Part shown: positions 5,295-12,747 of the stretch, piece by piece
How positions within the stretch are numbered: position 1 is the stretch's first letter
Layout: every line of letters starts with the position of its first letter
Origin: a virus
IMG/VR virus record: IMGVR_UViG_3300030330_006157
Location: 1-35,945 of that record
DNA length: 35,945 bases
Direction: 5' to 3' (one strand)
Translations under genes and position numbers: made by a program
The notes under the pieces: generated by a model
Told to the model about the DNA's origin: nothing
Databases searched by the model: none
Seen by the model: only the letters and a program-made list of their open reading frames with translations

Positions 5295-5368
5295 GTTTAT
5301 TTAACTTAGTGTTAGTAACTATTATCAAATAAAGCAATTGATAATTTAACACTAATACACTACAAATG

Positions 5369-5989
5369 TCAATGAATTTTTTTTAATTGATCTGCTTTTA
5401 AGTGCAGAACATCAACTTTATAGTACTTTTGAATAATCTCTAAAGCTTTAATTATATTCTTTTTTAAGGTTAATCGATGACTCTTTGTTAATTGATTAAT
5501 TTTATTTAATGAAAATTCTGATTCTAGGACATAACTAATTAATTTTTCATAATTACATTTTTGAGTAGATAACATCCTTAACATCTTTTTTATTTGCAGT
5601 ATATTGCTTGATGCTCTTAATTGCTTGGTTGAAAGAGACTTTTCGTGTCGCTTACCGCCCTTTTCGTTGATACTTGAGCCGTCCATAATAACTTTGCTAG
5701 AGAAAGGATCCCGGTGCATTAACTCATAATCGAGTTGGTAACGCTGGCCCGCTGCATACAGACCTAGATCTATGTCATCCTTAGCATAATATCTTTGTAG
5801 GGGTGATTGTATTACATATGAAATTTGGTTGTTCTTCATTAAGACTGGCTTAACCGATAAGCCTAATTTTTTTAATTGTTCGATCTGCTTAAGGTTATGA
5901 TTGGCGAGCAATGCTGCATTTAACTTACCTTCCAAAATTTTATTTGACTCTTTCAATATTTCGTAGGATGTTGCTGGTTTTTTCGTCAT
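5369..5989 (-). CDS. Hypothetical protein, second gene of the leftward switch operon
   Basis: 206-aa ORF with an ATGA start/stop overlap to the upstream gene. The segment SPLQRYYAKDDIDLGLYAAGQRYQLDYE loosely recalls a family I remember, without certainty, as DUF6456 from alphaproteobacteria. Confidence 0.55.
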   Translation of the reverse strand: MTKKPATSYEILKESNKILEGKLNAALLANHNLKQIEQLKKLGLSVKPVLMKNNQISYVIQSPLQRYYAKDDIDLGLYAAGQRYQLDYELMHRDPFSSKVIMDGSSINEKGGKRHEKSLSTKQLRASSNILQIKKMLRMLSTQKCNYEKLISYVLESEFSLNKINQLTKSHRLTLKKNIIKALEIIQKYYKVDVLHLKADQLKKIH

Positions 5990-6285
5990 AAGCGCAGAGT
6001 TATGTTGATATCAGAATGGTTTTTTTTGATGAATTCTAAAATTTCACGTGCCAAGTCAAGGCTGATGCCGCTTTTATGTGAATAGGCATTATTAAATGAA
6101 TTAGTGTCACGCCCCATCGCTCGAGCTAATTTCGCAATATATATCTTAACTTTGTCGTGATCGGCACGCAAATATTTATTAAAATTACTATCTTCAACGT
6201 AGTCTTTTACATATCCAGCTTCAATAATTAATTGTTCTAGCTTTTTTCTTTTCCCTCCTCTAACCCTTTCCATTGCTACTTTCAT
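5986..6285 (-). CDS. Small HTH-like DNA-binding protein (repressor candidate)
   Basis: 99 aa, first gene downstream of the leftward promoter of the switch. It has a helix-rich basic segment IYIAKLARAMGRDTNSFNNAYSHKSGISLDLAREILEFI. Confidence 0.5.
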   Translation of the reverse strand: MKVAMERVRGGKRKKLEQLIIEAGYVKDYVEDSNFNKYLRADHDKVKIYIAKLARAMGRDTNSFNNAYSHKSGISLDLAREILEFIKKNHSDINITLRL

Positions 6286-6314
6286 AAGCTCTATAAAAAA
6301 TATTAAAAAAGTTG

Positions 6315-6342
6315 TTGACTTAGTATTTATCAGTAGTATACT
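6315..6342 (+). promoter_or_regulatory. Rightward sigma70-type promoter of the switch
   Basis: TTGACT (6315-6320), 16-bp spacer, TATACT (6337-6342). Confidence 0.6.
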
Positions 6343-6351
6343 TTATACTAA

Positions 6352-6387
6352 TTACATATTTGCATACATAATTATGCATTTATGTAA
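6352..6387. promoter_or_regulatory. Palindromic operator made of two inverted 16-bp U boxes
   Basis: ttacatatttgcatac (6352-6367), ataa, ttatgcatttatgtaa (6372-6387). It fills the interval between the two facing -10 elements. Confidence 0.6.
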
Positions 6388-6390
6388 TTA

Positions 6391-6418
6391 ATTATATCAA
6401 CAATTAAATATTTATCAA
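6391..6418 (-). promoter_or_regulatory. Leftward sigma70-type promoter of the switch
   Basis: The reverse complement reads TTGATA (6418..6413), a 16-bp spacer, then TATAAT (6396..6391). Confidence 0.6.
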
Positions 6419-6434
6419 CTAAAATAAAAAGTCT

Positions 6435-6797
6435 ATGAAAAATATTGAAAATATTATTCCAAATGATGCTGGAGATCTGGCTCATTATACAGAAAATTTA
6501 GCAAAGAATATAGTTGCAATCCATAAGCAAAATCTTCCTTATATTGACACCCACAAATCTTGCAATGAAGCTTACTATAAGCTGGAGGAAAAAATAAAAA
6601 AAGAATGCGAAGAGATTGCTTTTACTGAACTTGATGATGATGGAGAATTAACAGTTGTCCCCTCTGATTATCATTTCGAATGTGAATACGATGAATACTC
6701 GCAAGGAAGAATTAAAGACTTAGCCAAAGAAAAAGCTTACGAAGCTTTTGATTTTATTGAGAGTTTTGCAAGAGTGTCGAAAAAGTATTATTTATAG
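6435..6797 (+). CDS. Hypothetical acidic protein, first gene of the rightward operon
   Basis: 120-aa ORF. It is followed by a 15-bp-stem inverted repeat at 6798-6841. Confidence 0.55.
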   Translation: MKNIENIIPNDAGDLAHYTENLAKNIVAIHKQNLPYIDTHKSCNEAYYKLEEKIKKECEEIAFTELDDDGELTVVPSDYHFECEYDEYSQGRIKDLAKEKAYEAFDFIESFARVSKKYYL

Positions 6798-6952
6798 CTT
6801 AAGAACTTTGAAAAGCCGTCAAGAAATTCAAAGCTCTTAAGTTAAGAAATGTAAAAAAATCAGAGGCAATTGGAGGTGACTCTGAAATTTAGTATAAAAT
6901 CAACAAATTATTAACTACTTCCTAAAGAAATTAATAACTTAATCGCAATATT

Positions 6953-7102
6953 ATGAAAAAAATTATAAATAGTCAAGCTTATTTTTTATTTAAATTATTG
7001 GAACTGGATCAATTTACTACAAAAGAAATAGTTGAGCAAAGTATTGCAGCCACTTTAACTGCCCTGCTCTTTGTTACCATTTTTGTAACTATAATCATTT
7101 AA
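6953..7102 (+). CDS. Small protein with a hydrophobic C-terminal segment (49 aa; below the track cutoff)
   Basis: Translation is MKKIINSQAYFLFKLLELDQFTTKEIVEQSIAATLTALLFVTIFVTIII. Confidence 0.3.
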   Translation: MKKIINSQAYFLFKLLELDQFTTKEIVEQSIAATLTALLFVTIFVTIII

Positions 7103-7119
7103 TTTTTTTTTGAAGCCAG

Positions 7120-7148
7120 TTGACTTTTAAAAAATAATAATATAAATT
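7120..7148 (+). promoter_or_regulatory. Sigma70-like promoter
   Basis: TTGACT (7120-7125) followed after 15-17 bp by tataaatt. Confidence 0.4.
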
Positions 7149-7164
7149 CAAGAACCATAAAACT

Positions 7165-7437
7165 ATGACAAATGAAAAAATGCTAGAACTAGAAAAGATT
7201 TTTACCAACGATAACAACTCTGAGTCGCAAGAGTTGGGTGATTATTTATCCAAAAAACTAAAAACAGACCAAGCCGAGGCTAATGCTCGTTGGAATGTAA
7301 TTGTTAATCGAGATTTCAGTGATCATGAATTAGTAAGATTGCTAAGAACATCAATTAGAAATAAAGGGGTGGATTGTGTGGTTGATTCCATAGAACTTGC
7401 ATGTTTGTCAGAAAAACTAAAAATTGAAGATTTTTAA
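7165..7437 (+). CDS. Hypothetical protein
   Basis: 90-aa ORF with the AAAACTATGAC start context. Confidence 0.55.
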   Translation: MTNEKMLELEKIFTNDNNSESQELGDYLSKKLKTDQAEANARWNVIVNRDFSDHELVRLLRTSIRNKGVDCVVDSIELACLSEKLKIEDF

Positions 7438-7463
7438 TTAATAATTAAAAAAAAGGGGGTGTT

Positions 7464-8225
7464 ATGGCTGATTATTGGGCGGTAATAAATAAAGGAATGT
7501 TTTATGATCCGAGGTTTCGTGACCTACCCCCCTACATTACTATGCTTTATCAGTTTTTACTTTTTGGCTTAAAAGATATTACTCCTGGTGGTATCGTAAA
7601 TATTCATTCTGGAGGAATGGAAATGCCGATTTCCAAGGAGGCTAATTTTCATCATGACGATGGTTGGCAACAGTTTCGAAAAGATATTCCAGAAGCAAAA
7701 GATCTTAATTTTTCTAATTTAGGTTCAAGAGTTTATCCTTTTGTAGAAGTGTTAGAATTAAGGGGTTTGATTGAATATGACAAACCACACCACCTTTTGA
7801 GAATTGTTGATTTTCACAGACATTGTAAATTTAATTCAGGATTTGGTGGTGATAGTATATTAGCTGATCTTAATAAAAAAATGAAAGATTTTGGACATCA
7901 TGAATTTTTTACTAAATATTTACAGGAAAACAAGGAAGAATTAACACCTATCTTGGAATGGTCAAGGGAGCGGTTTGCAAAAAAGGTTGCTTTAGACTCA
8001 CAACGAGAATGTTATCAAACTAAAGAAGAGAAAGAAAGTAAAGAATATAAAATATTAATGGAAGCTTTTAATTCGGTTAGGAACGCTAAAAATCCTGATA
8101 AAGAAGCTTTAGAAGTTTGCTGTATTTTAGATTCTTTAAATTCGCCAAAAACGACTCCGACATCTTGCAAATTATTAAAATTGCGAGATTCGGTGCAAAA
8201 GCAAGGTAGTATTGGCTCTAGATAA
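7464..8225 (+). CDS. Hypothetical protein, possibly replisome-organiser-like at the N-terminus
   Basis: 253 aa. YWAVINKGMFYDPRFRDLPPYITMLYQFLLFGLKDITPGGIV resembles the W..l....f.D..f..L......lY..Ll pattern of phage replisome organiser N-termini. Confidence 0.4.
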   Translation: MADYWAVINKGMFYDPRFRDLPPYITMLYQFLLFGLKDITPGGIVNIHSGGMEMPISKEANFHHDDGWQQFRKDIPEAKDLNFSNLGSRVYPFVEVLELRGLIEYDKPHHLLRIVDFHRHCKFNSGFGGDSILADLNKKMKDFGHHEFFTKYLQENKEELTPILEWSRERFAKKVALDSQRECYQTKEEKESKEYKILMEAFNSVRNAKNPDKEALEVCCILDSLNSPKTTPTSCKLLKLRDSVQKQGSIGSR

Positions 8226-8257
8226 TTTTTAACTATTTTTTGAACCATAGTAGATAT

Positions 8258-8296
8258 AGATTAAGAGAGAGATATAGATTAAGATAAAGATTAAGA
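8258..8296. repeat. Three copies of AGATTAAGA (spacing 18 and 12 bp)
   Basis: Copies at 8258-8266, 8276-8284 and 8288-8296, with GATATAGA also duplicated. They lie upstream of the replication genes. Confidence 0.75.
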
Positions 8297-8638
8297 TAAA
8301 AATAATGATAGAATTTAAAATTTGGATTTTGGAATCGTTGACAAATAATATTTCAATGATTTTGTTTTTGTTAGTTTCAATAGTTCTCATTTGGATTATT
8401 GCTAAATCGATGTAATTACCTATTATATTGTGTAAAAAATTGTTGCATTTTGAACATTTTAATGTCAAAATTGCAATTATTAATTTATTTTTATTTTAGT
8501 TGAATTAAGATTCATGCTAATATTAATAAATTATTTTTTATGTTATTTGTTATAACGTTGGCGTTATTGGCGGCTCTTCTGATTTTGATTTTGTTTTAGA
8601 AAGTCACCATGTATATTATGTAAACTAATATTGGAGAT

Positions 8639-9094
8639 ATGTTTCATAAAATTTTAAGCTTGAAAAAAGATTTTTTTTGTAGTATCGTACTAGATACCAT
8701 GAAAAAACCTAATTACACTCACACTATTGATCCATTGAAAGTGCCTTGCCCCGTGTGCAACTCTCCCTATGAGATCAACTTTAATTCAATTTCTAATGAC
8801 TGGATATCTCTAGAATCCTTACAAGAAATTGATGACAAAATTGATTTAGCAATTTTAAACTTAAAGAAAGAGCGCTTAAAGGTTCGATTTGCTCATATTT
8901 TAAGAACTTCACCTAATGCCCATGCCCTAACCGCTTATATACTGGCTTTTGATTTTAGTGGTATCAAATTTGAGCAAGGACGCATAGTTTACTATTACGA
9001 TGATACTTTCCCTATTAAACTTTTAAAAACTACTTTTAAGCATCTCAGAATCCATTTAAAACATAAAAAATTTGCTGGAGGTTGTAATGAGTAA
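8639..9094 (+). CDS. Hypothetical protein (the true start may be the internal ATG at 8699)
   Basis: 151-aa ORF with a single CPVC motif. Its stop overlaps the next gene's start (ATGAGTAA). Confidence 0.5.
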   Translation: MFHKILSLKKDFFCSIVLDTMKKPNYTHTIDPLKVPCPVCNSPYEINFNSISNDWISLESLQEIDDKIDLAILNLKKERLKVRFAHILRTSPNAHALTAYILAFDFSGIKFEQGRIVYYYDDTFPIKLLKTTFKHLRIHLKHKKFAGGCNE

Positions 9095-10160
9095 TATTTT
9101 AAATTTACTTTCCTTTGATGGATTTATTTCTGTCAACAAAACCTTGATTCGTAAACTAGGACTAGAAGAAGCTTGTGTTGTTGGTTTTTTAGCAACCATG
9201 CACGAATATCATGCTAGTAAAGATTTTGATGGCTGGTTCTATGTAAAATATGATCTCACCGACCAAGATGAAGATGTTGATAAGAATCGCAGAAACACGG
9301 CAAAATATCAATTAGGAATGAGTAAAGACAAGTTTATCAAAATTACAAAAAAACTTGAAAAAATAAATATAATTTTTACAAAAAAGAAGGGTGTCCCAGC
9401 ATTAAAGTTTTACAAGTTTGATGCTGATGTTATTTGTCAATTATTACTTGATGAAAATGCTATCAAGTCAGTAAATAAAGGTACTCATTCAGCTTTCGCA
9501 AAACACGAAAGCTTGCTTTCGCAAAACACAACATCAAGCTGTAGGAAAACACGAATGCTATATAAAGAGAAAATAAATAAAAAAGAAAGTATCTCTCTTC
9601 TGGCAAATATTTCTCCTCAAGATGTAACTTTAGATTTGATAAAAAAAGAAGCTAAGAGAAGAGAAAAGGATATTAAAAGTTTTATTAAAGATGAGTTAGG
9701 AAAAAAAATATCTGGTAATGAGTACAAAGAGCTATTTGAAAATTTTTGTAACAATTACTGGGAATGGATTCAGCGAAAAGAAATTAAATCATATACTGCT
9801 ACTTTTGAGAAATTTATATCTGAGGAAAATAGCTACAAAAGTAATGAGCCTGTTCAGCAAGGTTTCGTGTCGCCAAAGTCAAAAAAACCCCCTCCTCCAC
9901 TTTTAAGTTTAGGATTGCCCGACACAAGCACGGATTTTATTAAAGACTCTCAAGAGTGGCAAAACTTACTTAAAGAAAAGTTTGATGAAGATGTCTACGA
10001 TAAGTGGATTAAGTGCCTAATACCTCATCGCAAAGAAGGAGAGAAAGTAATTTTTTCTGTAGAAACAAAATTTGTAAGAGATTGGGTTATTCGTCAATAT
10101 CAAACAAAAATACAGGAATTTTTAGGTTTTGATATAGTAATTCTTTCCACTGAACCATGA
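9087..10160 (+). CDS. Replication initiation/organiser protein with a DnaA domain I-like C-terminus
   Basis: The N-terminus LNLLSFDGFISVNKTLIRKLGLEEACVVGFLATMHEY looks like a winged-helix replication protein. The C-terminus WQNLLKEKFDEDVYDKWIKCLIPHRKEGEKVIFSVETKFVRDWVIRQYQTKIQEFL parallels the E. coli DnaA N-terminal pattern W..L.......f..WI..L......l.l.....F..DWV...Y...I. I take the ATG at 9087 as the start rather than the TTG at 9072. Confidence 0.55.
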   Translation: MSNILNLLSFDGFISVNKTLIRKLGLEEACVVGFLATMHEYHASKDFDGWFYVKYDLTDQDEDVDKNRRNTAKYQLGMSKDKFIKITKKLEKINIIFTKKKGVPALKFYKFDADVICQLLLDENAIKSVNKGTHSAFAKHESLLSQNTTSSCRKTRMLYKEKINKKESISLLANISPQDVTLDLIKKEAKRREKDIKSFIKDELGKKISGNEYKELFENFCNNYWEWIQRKEIKSYTATFEKFISEENSYKSNEPVQQGFVSPKSKKPPPPLLSLGLPDTSTDFIKDSQEWQNLLKEKFDEDVYDKWIKCLIPHRKEGEKVIFSVETKFVRDWVIRQYQTKIQEFLGFDIVILSTEP

Positions 10161-10243
10161 AAATGTCATACACCCTCCACTTTCAGCCCAGCCTCACCAC
10201 GCCACCTAAAACACGCATTAAAAACCAACATCACTTGCTCTTA

Positions 10244-10284
10244 GCGGATCGCTTGACTTTAATGACTTTTTTTAAGCGATCCGC
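10244..10284. promoter_or_regulatory. 11-bp-arm inverted repeat with a 19-nt loop
   Basis: gcggatcgctt (10244-10254) and aagcgatccgc (10274-10284). There is no adjacent T-run, so it is more likely a binding site or RNA structure than a terminator. Confidence 0.4.
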
Positions 10285-10296
10285 CAAAAATAAGTG

Positions 10297-10324
10297 TTGA
10301 CTTATACCGATTAAGTATTATTAT
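10297..10324 (+). promoter_or_regulatory. Sigma70-type promoter of the partition operon
   Basis: TTGACT (10297-10302), 16-bp spacer, TATTAT (10319-10324). A TTATACTA box and a U box lie downstream. Confidence 0.5.
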
Positions 10325-10355
10325 CTTTACTAACCAATAGTATTTATACTACTAA

Positions 10356-10371
10356 TTACATAAATACATAA
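10356..10371. promoter_or_regulatory. U-box operator, forward orientation
   Basis: ttacataaatacataa, preceded by tatactactaa and followed by ataaataa. Confidence 0.5.
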
Positions 10372-10388
10372 ATAAATAATTTTATATT

Positions 10389-10610
10389 ATGCCTAAACCA
10401 GAAGCGCCTTCGATCCTTAGAGATTTAACTTATAAATTCTCTACCGTACTTGAACCTGACGAGAAAACTACTAAAACAATTAGATTGTCTACTGAAAACG
10501 ATAAATATTTAGATGATCTTGAAATTAAATATAGACTTGGTAAAGGTGCAATACTACACGCTGTCTTTGAATTGGGAAAAAAAGCTTTAAACTCAAGTTT
10601 AAATAATTAA
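10389..10610 (+). CDS. Small ribbon-helix-helix-like protein, first gene of the par operon
   Basis: 73 aa. KTIRLSTENDKYLDDLEIKY...GKGAILHAVFELGKKAL fits a strand-helix-helix layout. Confidence 0.35.
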   Translation: MPKPEAPSILRDLTYKFSTVLEPDEKTTKTIRLSTENDKYLDDLEIKYRLGKGAILHAVFELGKKALNSSLNN

Positions 10611-10616
10611 TTTATC

Positions 10617-11249
10617 ATGGCACATATTATCTCTATTATTGGTCAAAAAGGAGGTATTGGAAAAACTACTATAGCTTGGAATCTATTTATTACCCTACTT
10701 TCTCAAGGATACAAAGTTAAATTGGTTGATTGTGATAATAATCAATTTTCTACTTATGAAATCGCTCAAATTAGAAAAAATAAATTAGGTGGGGATTTGG
10801 TTGATGTTGAGTGCATGCCTGCCAATGAAGCTAGATACGTTTTAAGAGAATGTGATAAAAGTTATGATGTAATTATTTTTGAGTGTGGGGGTAGAATAGA
10901 TGATGAATTAAAAATGGCAATTTCTTATGGAGATAAAATTATTATGCCACTTAAACCATCTATTTTGGAAATTCAAACTATTAAGAATGTCGAAAAGGTA
11001 ATTGATAGGATTCCTAATTTTAATGCTGATTGCAAGATATTGCCCAATATGGTTTCCACGCATCATTTAAATAACGATCTTGATCAAATGAAAAATTTAA
11101 ATCCAAGATATTTCAAGTTTATGAAATCATTCATTTCTCATAGATCTATATATTCTTCTTCACTAACCTTTGGGCGTTCAATTTTTGAAATGTCTCCCTT
11201 AGACAATAAAGCGAATAATGAATTTAATAATTTCCTGTTGGAATTATAA
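10617..11249 (+). CDS. parA: ParA/Soj-family partition ATPase (small, type Ib-like)
   Basis: 210 aa. The N-terminus IISIIGQKGGIGKTTIAWNL carries the deviant Walker A motif KGGxGKT. There is no N-terminal HTH extension. Confidence 0.85.
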   Translation: MAHIISIIGQKGGIGKTTIAWNLFITLLSQGYKVKLVDCDNNQFSTYEIAQIRKNKLGGDLVDVECMPANEARYVLRECDKSYDVIIFECGGRIDDELKMAISYGDKIIMPLKPSILEIQTIKNVEKVIDRIPNFNADCKILPNMVSTHHLNNDLDQMKNLNPRYFKFMKSFISHRSIYSSSLTFGRSIFEMSPLDNKANNEFNNFLLEL

Positions 11250-11264
11250 TTAAAAATAAAAAAA

Positions 11265-11558
11265 ATGATAGACAACAAAAATAAATTTGCAGATATTGAT
11301 TTATCTAAAAAGCTAGACCAAAAAGAAAAATATTATGAATCTTTCTCCCCTGCCCATGTTAAAGTAAGAGATAAACAAGTTACGTTTTTACTTGATCCTG
11401 ACGTGCATTATGAAATGACTCAAGTTATTGCCTATAAAAGAAGGTTTGAAGGTGAGAACCTTACCCAAGCAAAGTTTATTACTGATCTGTTAGTAAAGAA
11501 CCTTAAACGTACATATCCAATTGCCAAAAAAGCATTCGATTCTGATCGCAAAAAATAA
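11265..11558 (+). CDS. ParG-like ribbon-helix-helix centromere-binding protein candidate
   Basis: 97 aa, immediately after parA. KQVTFLLDPDVHYEMTQVIAYKRR...LTQAKFITDLLVKNLKR fits an RHH layout. Confidence 0.4.
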   Translation: MIDNKNKFADIDLSKKLDQKEKYYESFSPAHVKVRDKQVTFLLDPDVHYEMTQVIAYKRRFEGENLTQAKFITDLLVKNLKRTYPIAKKAFDSDRKK

Positions 11559-11572
11559 TTAAAAAAAAGTGC

Positions 11573-11600
11573 TTGACATAATAAATACAAGTAGTAAACT
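11573..11600 (+). promoter_or_regulatory. Sigma70-type promoter of the recombination operon
   Basis: TTGACA (11573-11578), 16-bp spacer, TAAACT (11595-11600). Confidence 0.55.
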
Positions 11601-11609
11601 TTATACTAA

Positions 11610-11625
11610 TTATGTATTTATGTAA
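11610..11625. promoter_or_regulatory. U-box operator, reverse orientation
   Basis: ttatgtatttatgtaa is the exact reverse complement of the U box at 10356-10371. The flanks ttatactaa and ataaataa are the same as at that site. Confidence 0.5.
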
Positions 11626-11696
11626 ATAAATAAATATTTATACTTTACATTTATATAAATATATTTTAATTTTAATATTAACTTAATTAACTAATT

Positions 11697-12479
11697 ATGA
11701 GTATGGAAATTCAAAAAATTAATCAAGAAAAAAAATCAGTTATTAGTTCGTTGGCATCTAAATATGAAATGGAACCGGCAGCGTTTCAGGCTGTCATTAA
11801 AGAAACCGTTATGCCTGGAAATGTTAAGAATGAAGAAATGGCTTCTTTCCTTCTTGTTGCAAAAGAATATGATCTTAATCCTCTTACCAAAGAAATATAT
11901 GCTTTTTCAGGTCGAGGAAAAGTTACTCCCATTGTTTCCGTTGATGGTTGGGCTAAAATAATTAATAACCACCCCCAACTCGATGGAATTGAATTTGTTG
12001 ATAATAATAATGATTCTGATTTAATTTCTGTTGAGTGCAAAATATACCGAAAGGATCGTAAAATGCCTGTATGCGCCACCGAATATATGGCAGAATGCAA
12101 AGGCTCTAGTGAGCCATGGAAAAAGTGGCCAAGAAGAATGTTGAGACATAAAGCTTTAATTCAAGCTGCTCGTTATGCTTTTTCGTTTAGTGGTATTTAT
12201 GATGTTGATGAGGCTGAGCGCATCAAAGATGTCACCCCCCTCACCCCTGTACATAATCCTGAAAAAGTAGCGCTAGTTAGCGAAGCGATAGAACATATTG
12301 AGCAAGCTCCTTCTGTTGTGGGAAGTTTAAAAATTAGAATTAACAATTCTAGCAGCATAGATGAGCTTGAGTCAATTGGTGATGAAATAAAATCTTATGA
12401 ACTGAATAAGATTGATCGAGAGGAAATTAGTATTTGCTATAAAGAAAAAATTAATCAATTTAAAAACCATGAACAATAA
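11697..12479 (+). CDS. Bet/RecT-family single-strand annealing protein
   Basis: 260 aa. LNPLTKEIYAF...VSVDGWAKII...WKKWPRRMLRHKALIQAARYAFSFSGIYDVDEAE matches the Bet/RecT signature as I recall it. Confidence 0.75.
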   Translation: MSMEIQKINQEKKSVISSLASKYEMEPAAFQAVIKETVMPGNVKNEEMASFLLVAKEYDLNPLTKEIYAFSGRGKVTPIVSVDGWAKIINNHPQLDGIEFVDNNNDSDLISVECKIYRKDRKMPVCATEYMAECKGSSEPWKKWPRRMLRHKALIQAARYAFSFSGIYDVDEAERIKDVTPLTPVHNPEKVALVSEAIEHIEQAPSVVGSLKIRINNSSSIDELESIGDEIKSYELNKIDREEISICYKEKINQFKNHEQ

Positions 12480-12747
12480 TGTTATCGAGCTTTACCCTTA
12501 CACGCTTCATAATTATGAATCTAGTCTTAACGACATAGAGGATGAATTGCATAATTTAAAATCCGAACTTCGGCGTATTAAAAAAATTGTAAGGAAAAAA
12601 GATGATATTATTAATCAATTACAACAAAACAATAATTCATTAGAACTGATTTATAATCAACTTGAGCCAATTTGCTCAGCAATGTCTGAAGTTTTGACGA
12701 GTGAGCAACTGGATCAAGTAAATAATATATTACAAGAAAATGACTAA
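12469..12747 (+). CDS. Small coiled-coil protein
   Basis: The ATG at 12469 (MNNNVIELYPY...) overlaps the end of the Bet gene. The track's TTG start at 12412 seems less likely. Confidence 0.45.
   Translation: MNNNVIELYPYTLHNYESSLNDIEDELHNLKSELRRIKKIVRKKDDIINQLQQNNNSLELIYNQLEPICSAMSEVLTSEQLDQVNNILQEND

Noticed and set aside
8015-8468. Minus-strand ORFs 8015..8248 and 8229..8468
   Set aside because: They lie antisense within a plus-strand gene block. One overlaps the 3' end of ORF 7464-8225 and the other spans the AGATTAAGA repeat region. Their products are low-complexity Ile/Leu/Asn-rich, as expected by chance in AT-rich DNA.
11764-12100. ORFs 11764..11961 (+) and 11786..12100 (-) overlapping the Bet/RecT gene
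   Set aside because: They lie fully inside a gene with a clear family signature, in other frames or on the other strand, and have no supporting features.
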